From a virus (taxonomy: Duplodnaviria; Caudoviricetes), in IMG/VR virus record IMGVR_UViG_3300029305_003084: a stretch of DNA of 64,000 nucleotides; one strand, written 5' to 3'. Within the stretch, counting starts at the first letter, position 1; every line of letters starts with the position of its first letter. Under the pieces are notes generated by a model that had not been told where the DNA came from, searched no databases, and worked only from the letters and a program-made list of their open reading frames with translations. This document shows positions 1-9,767 of the stretch, piece after piece. The position numbers and the translations under genes were made by a program.

Positions 1-144
1 CAATATAGTAAATTAGAATCTAATAAATAATAACTATAGGAAATGGTTTCATATGAAACCATTTCCTATGTTTCTTTTTGCCCTTTAAAACATTATTATA
101 AAAATGACAGACAAATCCTTATTTTAGAAAGGATGTGGATAAAT

Positions 145-2742
145 ATGCTAGAAGAAAATTATTCATTTCGAATCATTGGTGAAGATGATTTTAACATAAA
201 AAGTGTTAATGAAAGTTTATGGTCAATTCGAGAAAATATGTTTGAAAACCTGTATGATGTACAAAAATCATTAACAAACATACACAGATTTGACTTCAAA
301 ATGAGTGAATTTTCAAATAAAGATAGTTCTAGCGTCCGTTATAATATTCCGATACAGTTTATTCATAATAAATCTAGAATTGCTTACAGACATTCACCAT
401 TTTATAAAAGATTATTAACATATGAAGATGTCTTTGAAAATCGTGATTTATTTTTAAATACTATCATGATTTTTATTGATGGTCAATTATATACTAACTA
501 TTCAATTCAACCAATGGAAGATATCACATCTATTGTGTTTAATTTATATTTATATTACCCAACACACAATGGATATGTAGTGGATGGATTTTTAAGAAAA
601 GATTTTAATAGATTACTTGAAAAAGATGCTAATATTAGTATTATTATGTTGAGTACTCATAGAGAAGAGGATAATAAACTCAACAGATACACGTTACTAA
701 ATTATACAAATGTAACCGAATATATGGGTGTACCTATGGTCGATTTCGTCAAGAGTAATGAAATCGCTACAAATGACCCTCATATTTCGTTTGTTACAAC
801 AGATGATAGTATGTTATATAAATATGATATTATTGATACAACTATCAATAATAATAAATTATATCCCGATCCACGTAAAGTAAATATCTTACAAAATACG
901 TATACTAATTTAAAAAATATATACCCTTTAAATCATTTAACTAAATTAGTGATTAAACCAGGTACTAAATATTTTGAAATTCCCCTTCAAGATATGCCCG
1001 TTCCTATTGAAAATTTAATGATTTTTAGAAATAATAATGGAATGATTTATTTTGACCATACTACATCAATCACAATGTATTATCCCAATATCTATGAAAT
1101 AACATGTGATCATAATGATGAGTTGATTATCTATTGTTATTATGCAGATGATACAACATCTGTTGGCAATAAATATTACAATGAACTACAGCTATATTAT
1201 AGATTTGTCAATAATATAGTTGAGCGATATGAAAACAATACTATTCCTGATCTCATTAAAAACTATAAACCTATCACAATTTCTTATGATATTAAAGATT
1301 ATAGTTTTCAAACAGCAGATCATTTGATTTATAAATTTAATAAATTACAAGAAGTTATCAGAAAACATGGTTACTATTATTATATTTATTTAAATAAATT
1401 AGTTGGTTATGTACCTAGATACTATATTGATTTAAAAGATATGAAGGAATTAGTAACCAGATATCGTACAAATAATACAAAAGAAATTAAAGATCCTGCA
1501 TTACAAGAAAACTTTGACGAACCTTGCTATCTATTCATATTTAGAAAAGATAATAATAATGACCAAATCATTTTATTTATTGATAATAAACATTATTATC
1601 CTAAATATGATTACTCTACTACAAAATATAGGTATATTTATATACCAACTAGATTAGTAAATACAACATCGATTATCGATGTAGAAAAATACAATGATGA
1701 AATCTACATGATGGATATCATTGCAGAAAATACTGGTTCATATATTGAAATTGATTATACGAAAGATCATCAGATTAGAGCTGATGAGATTTTTGTTACT
1801 TATGAAGAAGATGGTCGAGCAAAATATCTCGATACTGATTATTATGAATTGTACCACTTATACAATGGTCAATATGATAAAATCACAAGAGATAAATTCT
1901 ATAAACATTATAATTCAATTTTTATTAAAATTATTGATGAAAAATTCCTTGATTTAAAATTAACTGTAACAACAAATAATTGTACCTTTGCAATGGAAAA
2001 TGTCGGTAGTAATGTATTTGAAATAAATAAGTTAATCAATAATAATAAGTTCAATTTAATGTTATTTAAGAATGGTAAGTTAATTCCTTATGATGCATCA
2101 CATATAACATTTTCCGAATACGCAATAGGTCCTCATAAGTTTAGATCATTAGTTTCAGTTTCCAATGAGGATATATTCACATTAGTATATAATCCAAATA
2201 AATATGTTAGAGTTCATTATGAAGCAGAAATTAACCAAAAAGGTTTAGTTGATTTACATAACTCAATCGAAAAGCCTTTAAGTTTTAGATGGTATGATTT
2301 CTACTTAAATGGTAATAAACTAACAAAAAATAACATTGATATCATTGCACCGTATGCAATGATTATTTCTGGTGTAGAAACTAGACTAAATTTAGAAATT
2401 TATCATAGAAACTTTAATGATTCTGTTGAATATATTACACATGAAGATATTGATGACGAAATCCTTGACTTAATCAAGGATGAAATCATGGATAATCTTG
2501 ATGATATTGATAATAAAGAAGAAGACATGCTCAAAGACGTTATTATTGATGCTGTTGGATTCTTGGATGATTATCTATTTACTCTTGGATTATTAAATCC
2601 TGATACTCAACAGATTTTAAATAATATGTTAGATGAATATCCGAGACTATTCGATCATAACGATAATCTATTTTTCAATCCTGATAAAAGATTAAAATTT
2701 GATCGAGATGTCTTCTTTGAACCTGATACACAAACATATTAA
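145..2742 (+). CDS. Large hypothetical phage protein, probably virion structural (about 865 aa)
   Basis: Long ORF; start moved to ATG 145 (RBS AGAAAGGATG, late-type AACA-N6-TA motif at 89-100); first gene of a run leading to the tail fibre. Confidence 0.6.
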   Translation: MLEENYSFRIIGEDDFNIKSVNESLWSIRENMFENLYDVQKSLTNIHRFDFKMSEFSNKDSSSVRYNIPIQFIHNKSRIAYRHSPFYKRLLTYEDVFENRDLFLNTIMIFIDGQLYTNYSIQPMEDITSIVFNLYLYYPTHNGYVVDGFLRKDFNRLLEKDANISIIMLSTHREEDNKLNRYTLLNYTNVTEYMGVPMVDFVKSNEIATNDPHISFVTTDDSMLYKYDIIDTTINNNKLYPDPRKVNILQNTYTNLKNIYPLNHLTKLVIKPGTKYFEIPLQDMPVPIENLMIFRNNNGMIYFDHTTSITMYYPNIYEITCDHNDELIIYCYYADDTTSVGNKYYNELQLYYRFVNNIVERYENNTIPDLIKNYKPITISYDIKDYSFQTADHLIYKFNKLQEVIRKHGYYYYIYLNKLVGYVPRYYIDLKDMKELVTRYRTNNTKEIKDPALQENFDEPCYLFIFRKDNNNDQIILFIDNKHYYPKYDYSTTKYRYIYIPTRLVNTTSIIDVEKYNDEIYMMDIIAENTGSYIEIDYTKDHQIRADEIFVTYEEDGRAKYLDTDYYELYHLYNGQYDKITRDKFYKHYNSIFIKIIDEKFLDLKLTVTTNNCTFAMENVGSNVFEINKLINNNKFNLMLFKNGKLIPYDASHITFSEYAIGPHKFRSLVSVSNEDIFTLVYNPNKYVRVHYEAEINQKGLVDLHNSIEKPLSFRWYDFYLNGNKLTKNNIDIIAPYAMIISGVETRLNLEIYHRNFNDSVEYITHEDIDDEILDLIKDEIMDNLDDIDNKEEDMLKDVIIDAVGFLDDYLFTLGLLNPDTQQILNNMLDEYPRLFDHNDNLFFNPDKRLKFDRDVFFEPDTQTY

Positions 2743-2762
2743 TCGGAAAGGAGTGTTTTCTA

Positions 2763-3425
2763 ATGCCCTCTAATGAAAAGCGATTTGGTTTTTCGTTATT
2801 GTCAAAATCAAATAATAAGATTGCATATCCTGAAGAAGTTATGGTTGATAAACTTACTGGTGATTTTGCAATTAAAACACCATTAGGTGATACCATTTCA
2901 TATAATTACAATACAAAATTAAATGAGCATATGAAATCTGCTCGTCAAGATGCTAATAGTTTAAGTATATATGGTAATATATACAATATTCCTTTTTCCA
3001 ATAGAGTGATGCCGTTATCTATGACAAAAGATAGTGCAAACCTGTATGAATCTGTTTATATTAGAGGTAATATTAAACGATTTGTATTACATGCAGATAT
3101 CGATTCTATCAAAATTAATGTAGATGAGTTTTCTATGGATAGATATTATGGTATTGCAACTTTTGGTATTAAAATTCACTATGATGATAATAGTATAAGT
3201 GAAGTATTACTAAAAAATATCAATACAATTGATATGAATGATACTATTTTTGATTTAAGTACAACTGATGATTATACTAATCTAGATACATCTAAAGGGA
3301 TTCTAGGTATTGAAATTACTCAGTTTGATATTACTGGTAATACTGATGCAAAGAAAAATCCTATGAATGCAATTGAGGTTAGACATATTTTAAATAGCCT
3401 CTTCATTATTGTGGAAGAAAGATAA
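2763..3425 (+). CDS. Hypothetical protein (structural module)
   Basis: 220-aa ORF, RBS GAAAGGAG, co-oriented with neighbours. Confidence 0.6.
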   Translation: MPSNEKRFGFSLLSKSNNKIAYPEEVMVDKLTGDFAIKTPLGDTISYNYNTKLNEHMKSARQDANSLSIYGNIYNIPFSNRVMPLSMTKDSANLYESVYIRGNIKRFVLHADIDSIKINVDEFSMDRYYGIATFGIKIHYDDNSISEVLLKNINTIDMNDTIFDLSTTDDYTNLDTSKGILGIEITQFDITGNTDAKKNPMNAIEVRHILNSLFIIVEER

Positions 3426-3441
3426 TGGGAGGTGAATTATA

Positions 3442-4089
3442 ATGTTAAATGCACAACTGTTATTTTCAAATAAAAAAGATAGAGAAAGTTTATTAAATTT
3501 ATTAAAAACCTACCTATTTGGTAATGGTGATGTTGAAAAATATGATCCTAATAAAGTATATAATGCTGGAGATGTTGTATATATCGTTGATGAACTAACT
3601 GGTAAAATTACAATTATCCAAGCACCTACTGATGGTATCACTGGTCCATATAATCCAGATGATTGGGATGTAAAGGATATTGATAATGCTATTAATACAG
3701 CAATCAACGATCTTATTATGTTTTCAACATATCAACCATCAGAAAAAATTAATAAACTATGGATTCAGCCAATCGAATATGGTGATCACTTATTACCTGA
3801 ACCTATTCCTTTATATGATGGTGACAAGTATTCAATGGTATTTACTGGCGAAATTCCTATTGTTGAAGATGTAAGTGCTGATCTAAATAACACATTAACT
3901 CAAGGTGATATTGTTCTTGATACTGAAGGCGATTATTCAATGGAGATTGATCAAGATATCATTGATATGTTTAGAGATGGTGGTCTATTTACAATTGATG
4001 AACAAGAAGACGTTGCAGTATCTAATGATAAACCTACTGATGGTAGAGCAATTACATGGTTTGATACTGATATAACAGACGAGGAATAA
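3442..4089 (+). CDS. Hypothetical acidic virion protein with a possible small carbohydrate-binding motif
   Basis: RBS GGGAGGTG; YDPNKVYNAGDVV resembles CBM5/12-type motifs; C-terminal KPTDGRAITWFD resembles tail-fibre module ends. Confidence 0.5.
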   Translation: MLNAQLLFSNKKDRESLLNLLKTYLFGNGDVEKYDPNKVYNAGDVVYIVDELTGKITIIQAPTDGITGPYNPDDWDVKDIDNAINTAINDLIMFSTYQPSEKINKLWIQPIEYGDHLLPEPIPLYDGDKYSMVFTGEIPIVEDVSADLNNTLTQGDIVLDTEGDYSMEIDQDIIDMFRDGGLFTIDEQEDVAVSNDKPTDGRAITWFDTDITDEE

Positions 4090-4209
4090 AGTACAACAAT
4101 TATTTAAATTGTACTTTATCATGGAATATATGTACAATGATTTGTACATATATTCCACATTTTTAAATGTTTTTTTAAAAAAATATTTATAGAAAGGATG
4201 TCGATTTCA

Positions 4210-5124
4210 ATGGCAGATAGAGTAATTGACTTACTTATGAAGTCAAAGAATAGTACTGGTGGTTATGATATCATGCACCCCATTACTAAAACTACTAATG
4301 TTAAAACCAATGAATCTATCGAAGTTATGTTAACTGATCCTATTGGTTCTTACTCCAATGGTGACGTTATCGATGCTAACACTTCTGTTGATGTTATTAT
4401 CAAGAAGCTAGTTCAGCAGCAGATTCCTCCTGTATATACTACACCTTCCATCAGCTTAGCTGTTGCTGGTAAGGCTGCAGGTTCTTATGAGGCAGGTACT
4501 TCTTGCAATCCTTCTTTCACCTCTACTTTCACTGTAGGTGATGCTGGTGCTATTACCGAGCATAAGCTAACTAAGGGTGACGAGACTGTTGCAACTGGTA
4601 CTGGTGCTTCTCTAACTCATAGTGAGACTTTCATCCTAGGTGATGAAACTGTTAAGTTTAAGTCTTCCTGTACTTATGAGGCTGGTGCTATTAAGAACGA
4701 CAACTTCGGTGAGCCTTATGCATCTACTGCAATTGGTGCAGGTACTAAGACTTCTTCCGAAAAGTCCTATACTGGTTTCCGTAAGTACTTCCATGGTGCA
4801 GACAATACTACTACTGCACCCGTTGCATCTTCTGAGATTCGTGCATTAACTGGTGGCACTTCTGCTGCTGCTAATGGTAATACATTTACCCTAAAAGTTA
4901 CTGCAGGTCAGCGTCGTGCAATGTTTGCATACCCTGCAACTCTACGTGACGTTACTTCTGTCAAGTACGTTGAAATGGGTAATGATGAATCTAAGACTTT
5001 CTTTAATAAGACCCTAGTTGATGTCGAAGGCGCTGATGGATTTGATGCCATTTCTTACAAGGTTTATACTTATATTCCTGACCAGGCATTCCCTTCCAAC
5101 ATGACCTTAACTGTAACAATCTAA
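4210..5124 (+). CDS. Tail/fibre-associated structural protein
   Basis: Thr/Ser/Ala-rich, biased high-expression codon usage, directly upstream of the fibre gene; start at ATG 4210 by RBS spacing. Confidence 0.6.
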   Translation: MADRVIDLLMKSKNSTGGYDIMHPITKTTNVKTNESIEVMLTDPIGSYSNGDVIDANTSVDVIIKKLVQQQIPPVYTTPSISLAVAGKAAGSYEAGTSCNPSFTSTFTVGDAGAITEHKLTKGDETVATGTGASLTHSETFILGDETVKFKSSCTYEAGAIKNDNFGEPYASTAIGAGTKTSSEKSYTGFRKYFHGADNTTTAPVASSEIRALTGGTSAAANGNTFTLKVTAGQRRAMFAYPATLRDVTSVKYVEMGNDESKTFFNKTLVDVEGADGFDAISYKVYTYIPDQAFPSNMTLTVTI

Positions 5125-5142
5125 GAAAGGAGGTAATCAACT

Positions 5143-7770
5143 ATGGCTAATCTACCCTATGTAACTGGTAATGAATCTAAAGTTCTAGGTATTATGAAAA
5201 TGTATTCCAGAATGGGTGCATATCCTCTGGATGCTACTTCCGTATTTAATACCAAAGCTGAACTAGAAGCTTATATTAATGAGACTGGTTCTTATGCTTA
5301 TGCTGGTCAGGTCGTTGCTGTTGCTAACGGCGAAATTGGTTCTGCTAATGGTGCTAAGAACTATACTCTATATATCATTCGTTCTGACAAGACTGTTCAG
5401 GAGATTGGTAAGAATCTAATCTTTGATTCTGTAGATGCTGCTACTGCTTATGCTACTGCTAACCCTGCAGCATTCCGTGCTGGCGAAGTATTCACTGTTA
5501 AGAATGATACTCGCTATGACTTATATACTTTCAACGCAGCCGGTGCTGCTCAGAAGCTAAGCTTTGATGCCTCCACTGACCTTCCTGATATGGAATGGTC
5601 TTCCATTCTAAATAAGCCTACCAGTGCTGTTGCTGATATCGACAACGCTGTTGCTTTTGTTAAGAATGGTCTAGCAGAAAATGAAGATGGTTCTCATCTA
5701 AATTATGAGGGTAAGGCTCTAGCATTCTCTGAGGATCTAACTTGGTCCAATGTTGCTGAAAAGCCTGAAACCTTCACTCCTTCTGCTCATACTCATGAAG
5801 CTGCAGATATTCTATCTGTAAATGCTTCTGCTATTACTGGCGTCATCAGCCTAGACAACCTACCTGCTGGTGCTCTAGAGCGCTGCGTAGTTGTTGCTAA
5901 TGATGAGGCTCGTTTTGCTCTAACTACTGAAAACATTCAGCTAGGTGATACTGTTAAGGTTGAAGCTAGTGGTAAGATGTACTTCGTTAAGGATGCTTCT
6001 CAGCTAAGCTCTGAAGCTGGTTACGAAGTCTATACTGCTGGTTCTGCTACTGAGGTACCTTGGTCTGGTGTTACTGGCAAGCCTACTGATGTCAAGAGCT
6101 TTGCTGCTGACGCTGTAAGTACTGCTGATGTAACTGAGACTGCTGAAGCTGGCAAGTTACTAAAGGCTAATGCTGATGGTAAGTTAGATGCTTCCATCAC
6201 TGGTGACGCTGATACTGTTGACGGTAAGCACGCAAGTGACTTTGCTGAGGCAGTTCACGGTCACGCTGTTACTGATGTTGAAGGTTTACAGTCCACCATC
6301 AATGAGCTAAAGGCTGGTTCTTCTATTACTTCTCTAGAAGCTACTAAGCTAAATGGTACTGTTCCTGTTGCTAACCTACCTACCGAGGCATTAATGAAGG
6401 TTGTCCATGTTGCATCTGAGGATGCTGCAAAGGCACTAACTTCTGATGATGTCAACAATGGTGACATTGTTGTTGTTGAAGGCGGCAATATGTTCGTCGT
6501 TAAGGACAACAGTGCTCTAGCTGATGGTGCTGGTCTAGAAGTTGTAACTGGTGAAGCAACTAGCGTTGAGTGGACTAACGTTCAGAATAAGCCTACTGAG
6601 ATTAAGCAGTATGCTTCTGACGCTGTAAGTACTGCTGACGTTGCTTCTACTGCAACTGCAGGTAAATTACTACCTCTAAACTCTGAGGCTAAGTTACCTG
6701 CTTCTATCACTGGCGATGCTGATACTGTTGACGGTAAGCACGCTGCTGATTTCGCAGAGGCAGTTCATAAGCACACTGAAGATGACATCAATGGTAACAT
6801 TTCCTGGACTAAGCTAAGTGGTGTTCCCACTACTATTGCTGGTTATGGTATTACTGATGCTGTCAACTCCTCTGAGGTTGTTGAAGTTGCTGAAGCTGGC
6901 AAGCTATTAAAGCTAGATTCTAGTGCTAAGTTACCTGCTTCTATCACTGGCGATGCTGATACTGTTGATGGTAAGCACGCTGCTGATTTCGCAGAGGCAG
7001 TTCACGGTCATGAGATCTCTGAGGTCAATGGTCTAAGTGATGAACTAACTAACATCAAGAATGGTACTGCAATTACTGCTCTTGACTCCGCAGTTCTAAC
7101 TGGTACTATCAGCATTGATCGTCTACCTCATGGTGCTCTAGAGCGTTGTGTTGTCGTTGCTAATGACGAAGCTCGTTTTGCTCTAACTACTGCTGATGTT
7201 CAGCTAGGCGATACTGTTAAGGTCGTTTCTTCTGGTAAGATGTACTTCGTCAAGGATGAAGCTCAGCTTGCTTCTGAGGATGGTTACGACGTATATACTG
7301 CTGGTTCTGCTACTGAGGTACCTTGGTCTGGTGTTACCGGCAAGCCTACCACTATTGCTGGTTATGGTATTACTGATGCTTACACAATGACTCAGGCTGA
7401 TAGCACCTTCGTTGCTCAGACTGAAGTTGTTGCTGTTGCTGAAGCTAATAAGATCCTAAAGCTAGATGCTGAAGGTAAGCTGCCTGCTTCCATCACTGGT
7501 GAAGCTGGTTCTGTTGCTTGGGCTAACGTTCAGAATAAGCCTAATAGCTCTGTTGAGGCTATTGATACTGCTGTTGCCGCTGCAACTCATACTAACCGCG
7601 AAACTCTAGATAAGCTAACTGCTGATGCAGACAATGCTGGTCATGTCAAGTATGACGGTAATACTGTTGCTAACATGTCTGATGTTACCAACCAGATCGT
7701 CGTTTCTGAGACTCAGCCTGAGAATCAGCCTGTTGGTGCACTATGGTTCGAAGTCGTTTCTGAGGCTTAA
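5143..7770 (+). CDS. Tail fibre protein with internal repeats
   Basis: Three DADTVDGKHA.DFAEAVH repeats, several W..V..KP motifs, duplicated LERCVVVANDEARFALTT..GKMYFVKD..EVPWSGVTGKPT block, C-terminal QPENQPVGALWF. Confidence 0.8.
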   Translation: MANLPYVTGNESKVLGIMKMYSRMGAYPLDATSVFNTKAELEAYINETGSYAYAGQVVAVANGEIGSANGAKNYTLYIIRSDKTVQEIGKNLIFDSVDAATAYATANPAAFRAGEVFTVKNDTRYDLYTFNAAGAAQKLSFDASTDLPDMEWSSILNKPTSAVADIDNAVAFVKNGLAENEDGSHLNYEGKALAFSEDLTWSNVAEKPETFTPSAHTHEAADILSVNASAITGVISLDNLPAGALERCVVVANDEARFALTTENIQLGDTVKVEASGKMYFVKDASQLSSEAGYEVYTAGSATEVPWSGVTGKPTDVKSFAADAVSTADVTETAEAGKLLKANADGKLDASITGDADTVDGKHASDFAEAVHGHAVTDVEGLQSTINELKAGSSITSLEATKLNGTVPVANLPTEALMKVVHVASEDAAKALTSDDVNNGDIVVVEGGNMFVVKDNSALADGAGLEVVTGEATSVEWTNVQNKPTEIKQYASDAVSTADVASTATAGKLLPLNSEAKLPASITGDADTVDGKHAADFAEAVHKHTEDDINGNISWTKLSGVPTTIAGYGITDAVNSSEVVEVAEAGKLLKLDSSAKLPASITGDADTVDGKHAADFAEAVHGHEISEVNGLSDELTNIKNGTAITALDSAVLTGTISIDRLPHGALERCVVVANDEARFALTTADVQLGDTVKVVSSGKMYFVKDEAQLASEDGYDVYTAGSATEVPWSGVTGKPTTIAGYGITDAYTMTQADSTFVAQTEVVAVAEANKILKLDAEGKLPASITGEAGSVAWANVQNKPNSSVEAIDTAVAAATHTNRETLDKLTADADNAGHVKYDGNTVANMSDVTNQIVVSETQPENQPVGALWFEVVSEA

Positions 7771-7774
7771 TTAT

Positions 7775-7819
7775 AAAAAAAAGAGAATGGGATTAATTTC
7801 CCATTCTCTTTTCTTTTTT
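7775..7819. terminator. Bidirectional intrinsic terminator
   Basis: A-run, GAGAATGGGA/TCCCATTCTC stem, T-run, between convergent genes. Confidence 0.8.
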
Positions 7820-8138
7820 AGGTACGTCTTACCTCAATCCACCGACCATTCATCTGATGATTAGCCAGATAGAAAAAGTTGGAAGGTTCTTCAAAATGAT
7901 TATATGCCTGAATATAATCACATTCACCATCCTTATAGTCATAACATCCACGCATAGTAAACATCTCACAAATAGTGATAATGTTAACAGAATCGTTAGC
8001 ACGATCAAATATGAGATTTCCTTCAGTGTCAAAAACTTCCCAAAACTCATTGCCATGAACATCTCGGGTATATGTAACACGATACCCATATTCAGTGACA
8101 TAGTCAATCTCTTTGACAAAGTAATAGTTAGTGGTCAT
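7818..8138 (-). CDS. Hypothetical cassette protein (paralog of 8528-8818)
   Basis: Follows repeat leader copy 1; GYRVTY..GNEFWEVFDTEGNLIF matches the neighbour. Confidence 0.75.
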   Translation of the reverse strand: MTTNYYFVKEIDYVTEYGYRVTYTRDVHGNEFWEVFDTEGNLIFDRANDSVNIITICEMFTMRGCYDYKDGECDYIQAYNHFEEPSNFFYLANHQMNGRWIEVRRT

Positions 8139-8279
8139 GGTAGTTTTCCTTTCTGGTTTGTGAAGTTTTCCTTCTTCTTACAAAGTGTTGTGTAATGATT
8201 GAGAAGGAACATAGAAAACTTTCTAATATTCCTTCTTTATTATGATTATAATATATATTTGAAAGTGTTGACTTTACGA
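8139..8279 (-). repeat. ~140-bp promoter/stem-loop/RBS leader repeat, copy 1 of 6
   Basis: Minus strand: TTTCAAATATATATTATAATCATAATAAAGAAGGAATATTAGAA..TTCTATGTTCCTTCT..CACAAACCAGAAAGGAA..ATG. Confidence 0.9.
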
Positions 8280-8333
8280 ATTTATATAAAAAAAAGAAAG
8301 CACTATACAATGCTTTCTTTTTATTACACCTCA

Positions 8334-8510
8334 TCAGTTCATGATCTTTGCCAAAGGTACATTACCATGACTTAAATCACAACCGACCACATCATCAAAG
8401 ATGATAGTAATTGGGCCTTCTCTGTCCACCATAGTGGTAATGGTTCTACCATTCACATTCTCACGAGTAAGGTTAATAATGGTAGAGGGAAATCCGCTGT
8501 TAACGATCAT
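8334..8510 (-). CDS. Small hypothetical protein (58 aa, MIVNSGFPSTIINLTRE...), not in the ORF track
   Basis: RBS GGGAGGAGGT just upstream of the ATG; followed by a terminator at about 8288-8322. Confidence 0.7.
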   Translation of the reverse strand: MIVNSGFPSTIINLTRENVNGRTITTMVDREGPITIIFDDVVGCDLSHGNVPLAKIMN

Positions 8511-8527
8511 GGTTATACCTCCTCCCG

Positions 8528-8818
8528 TCAGTGCTGTTTAAAATAAAATGCTAAGGGTCTGTTGTCAAATCTATTAGTAACATAGACATAGACAAAATCG
8601 TCATCCTCAATCTGATTCTCAGCAATCATGATATCGTCACAGTAATGATATCTGCTGATACAACCATGAGATCTGAGAAATACCATATTCCCATCATGGT
8701 CATATACACACCATTTCTCATTCCCAGTAGCCTTATATTTAATATAAGACACAACATAACCAGTATCGGGATCTCGATACTTTACAAAAGTCTTTTCTTT
8801 GTCGTCTACTTTAAGCAT
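8528..8818 (-). CDS. Hypothetical cassette protein (paralog of 7818-8138)
   Basis: True start MLKVDD follows repeat copy 2; GYVVSY..GNEKWCVYDHDGNMVF. Confidence 0.75.
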   Translation of the reverse strand: MLKVDDKEKTFVKYRDPDTGYVVSYIKYKATGNEKWCVYDHDGNMVFLRSHGCISRYHYCDDIMIAENQIEDDDFVYVYVTNRFDNRPLAFYFKQH

Positions 8819-8957
8819 GGTAGTTCCTTTCTGGTTTGTGAAGTTTTCCTTCTTCTTACAAAGTGTTGTGTAATGATTGAGAAGGAACATAGAAAATATT
8901 CTAATATTCCTTCTTTATTATGATTATAATATATAATTGAAAGTATTGATTTTACGA
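8819..8957 (-). repeat. Leader repeat copy 2
   Basis: Near-identical to copy 1. Confidence 0.9.
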
Positions 8958-8987
8958 TTTTATATAAAAAAAAGAGAATGACTGATT

Positions 8988-9578
8988 TCAGTCATTCTCT
9001 TTTATCAAACCCCAATACCGAGAATTGGTACGGTCTACAGCATATCCTGCATAGACACGAGCCTGCTTAAATCTGGAGTCATTTGTTAACCGACGTCGAA
9101 TCTTTCTGATACACTTAGCATGTATCTGTGAAATTCGTCCTCCAGTAACATTGAAATAGATACCGATTTCATCCATGGTCAAACCAGTATCATAATATAG
9201 CTGCATTACAGTAAGTTCCCTTTTAGTTAAAATATGCATCATCATATGATGTAACTCATCAGATACAATTTTATCGAAAACTTTCTGTTCATAACCAACA
9301 CTCACCAGATCATGGTCAATCAAATCAGAAATAGAGGTATCGTAGATCATCTCCTTTTTGAGATATTTGTCAATCTCAGTCTCGATATATCGTCTTGCGA
9401 ATGCTCTGAAAGGCTGCTGATATTCATCGGAGTAATTTCTAGAAGCCTTCACCAAACCAAGATATCCCTGGGCAATGACATCTTCATCATCCTTATAATA
9501 AGGACAATTGGTATTGATGTAGCGCTCCACTAAGTCATAGTTTTCAGCAACCAGAGCATCACGAGTCTTCATAGTCAT
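8988..9578 (-). CDS. Sigma70-family sigma factor (region 4 FliA/SigD/WhiG-like)
   Basis: Region 2 GYLGLVKASRNY..FRAFARRYI; region 4 LTMDEIGIYFNVTGGRISQIHAK. Confidence 0.85.
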   Translation of the reverse strand: MTMKTRDALVAENYDLVERYINTNCPYYKDDEDVIAQGYLGLVKASRNYSDEYQQPFRAFARRYIETEIDKYLKKEMIYDTSISDLIDHDLVSVGYEQKVFDKIVSDELHHMMMHILTKRELTVMQLYYDTGLTMDEIGIYFNVTGGRISQIHAKCIRKIRRRLTNDSRFKQARVYAGYAVDRTNSRYWGLIKEND

Positions 9579-9715
9579 GGTAGTTCCTTTCTGGTTTGTG
9601 AAGTTTTCCTTCTTCTTACAAAATGCTGTGTAATGATTAGAAGGAACATAGAAAATTGCTAATATTCCTTCTTTATTATGATTATAATATATAATTGAAA
9701 GTGTTGAATTTACGA
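9579..9715 (-). repeat. Leader repeat copy 3
   Basis: Near-identical to copies 1 and 2. Confidence 0.9.
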
Positions 9716-9767
9716 TTTTTATAAAAAAATAAAAGGATATGAACTATCATACCCTTTTATTTAATCA

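Noticed and set aside
8128-8334. ORF 8128-8334(-) and the N-terminal extension of 8528-8890
   Set aside because: They translate the non-coding leader repeat and terminator; the real starts follow the repeat's RBS
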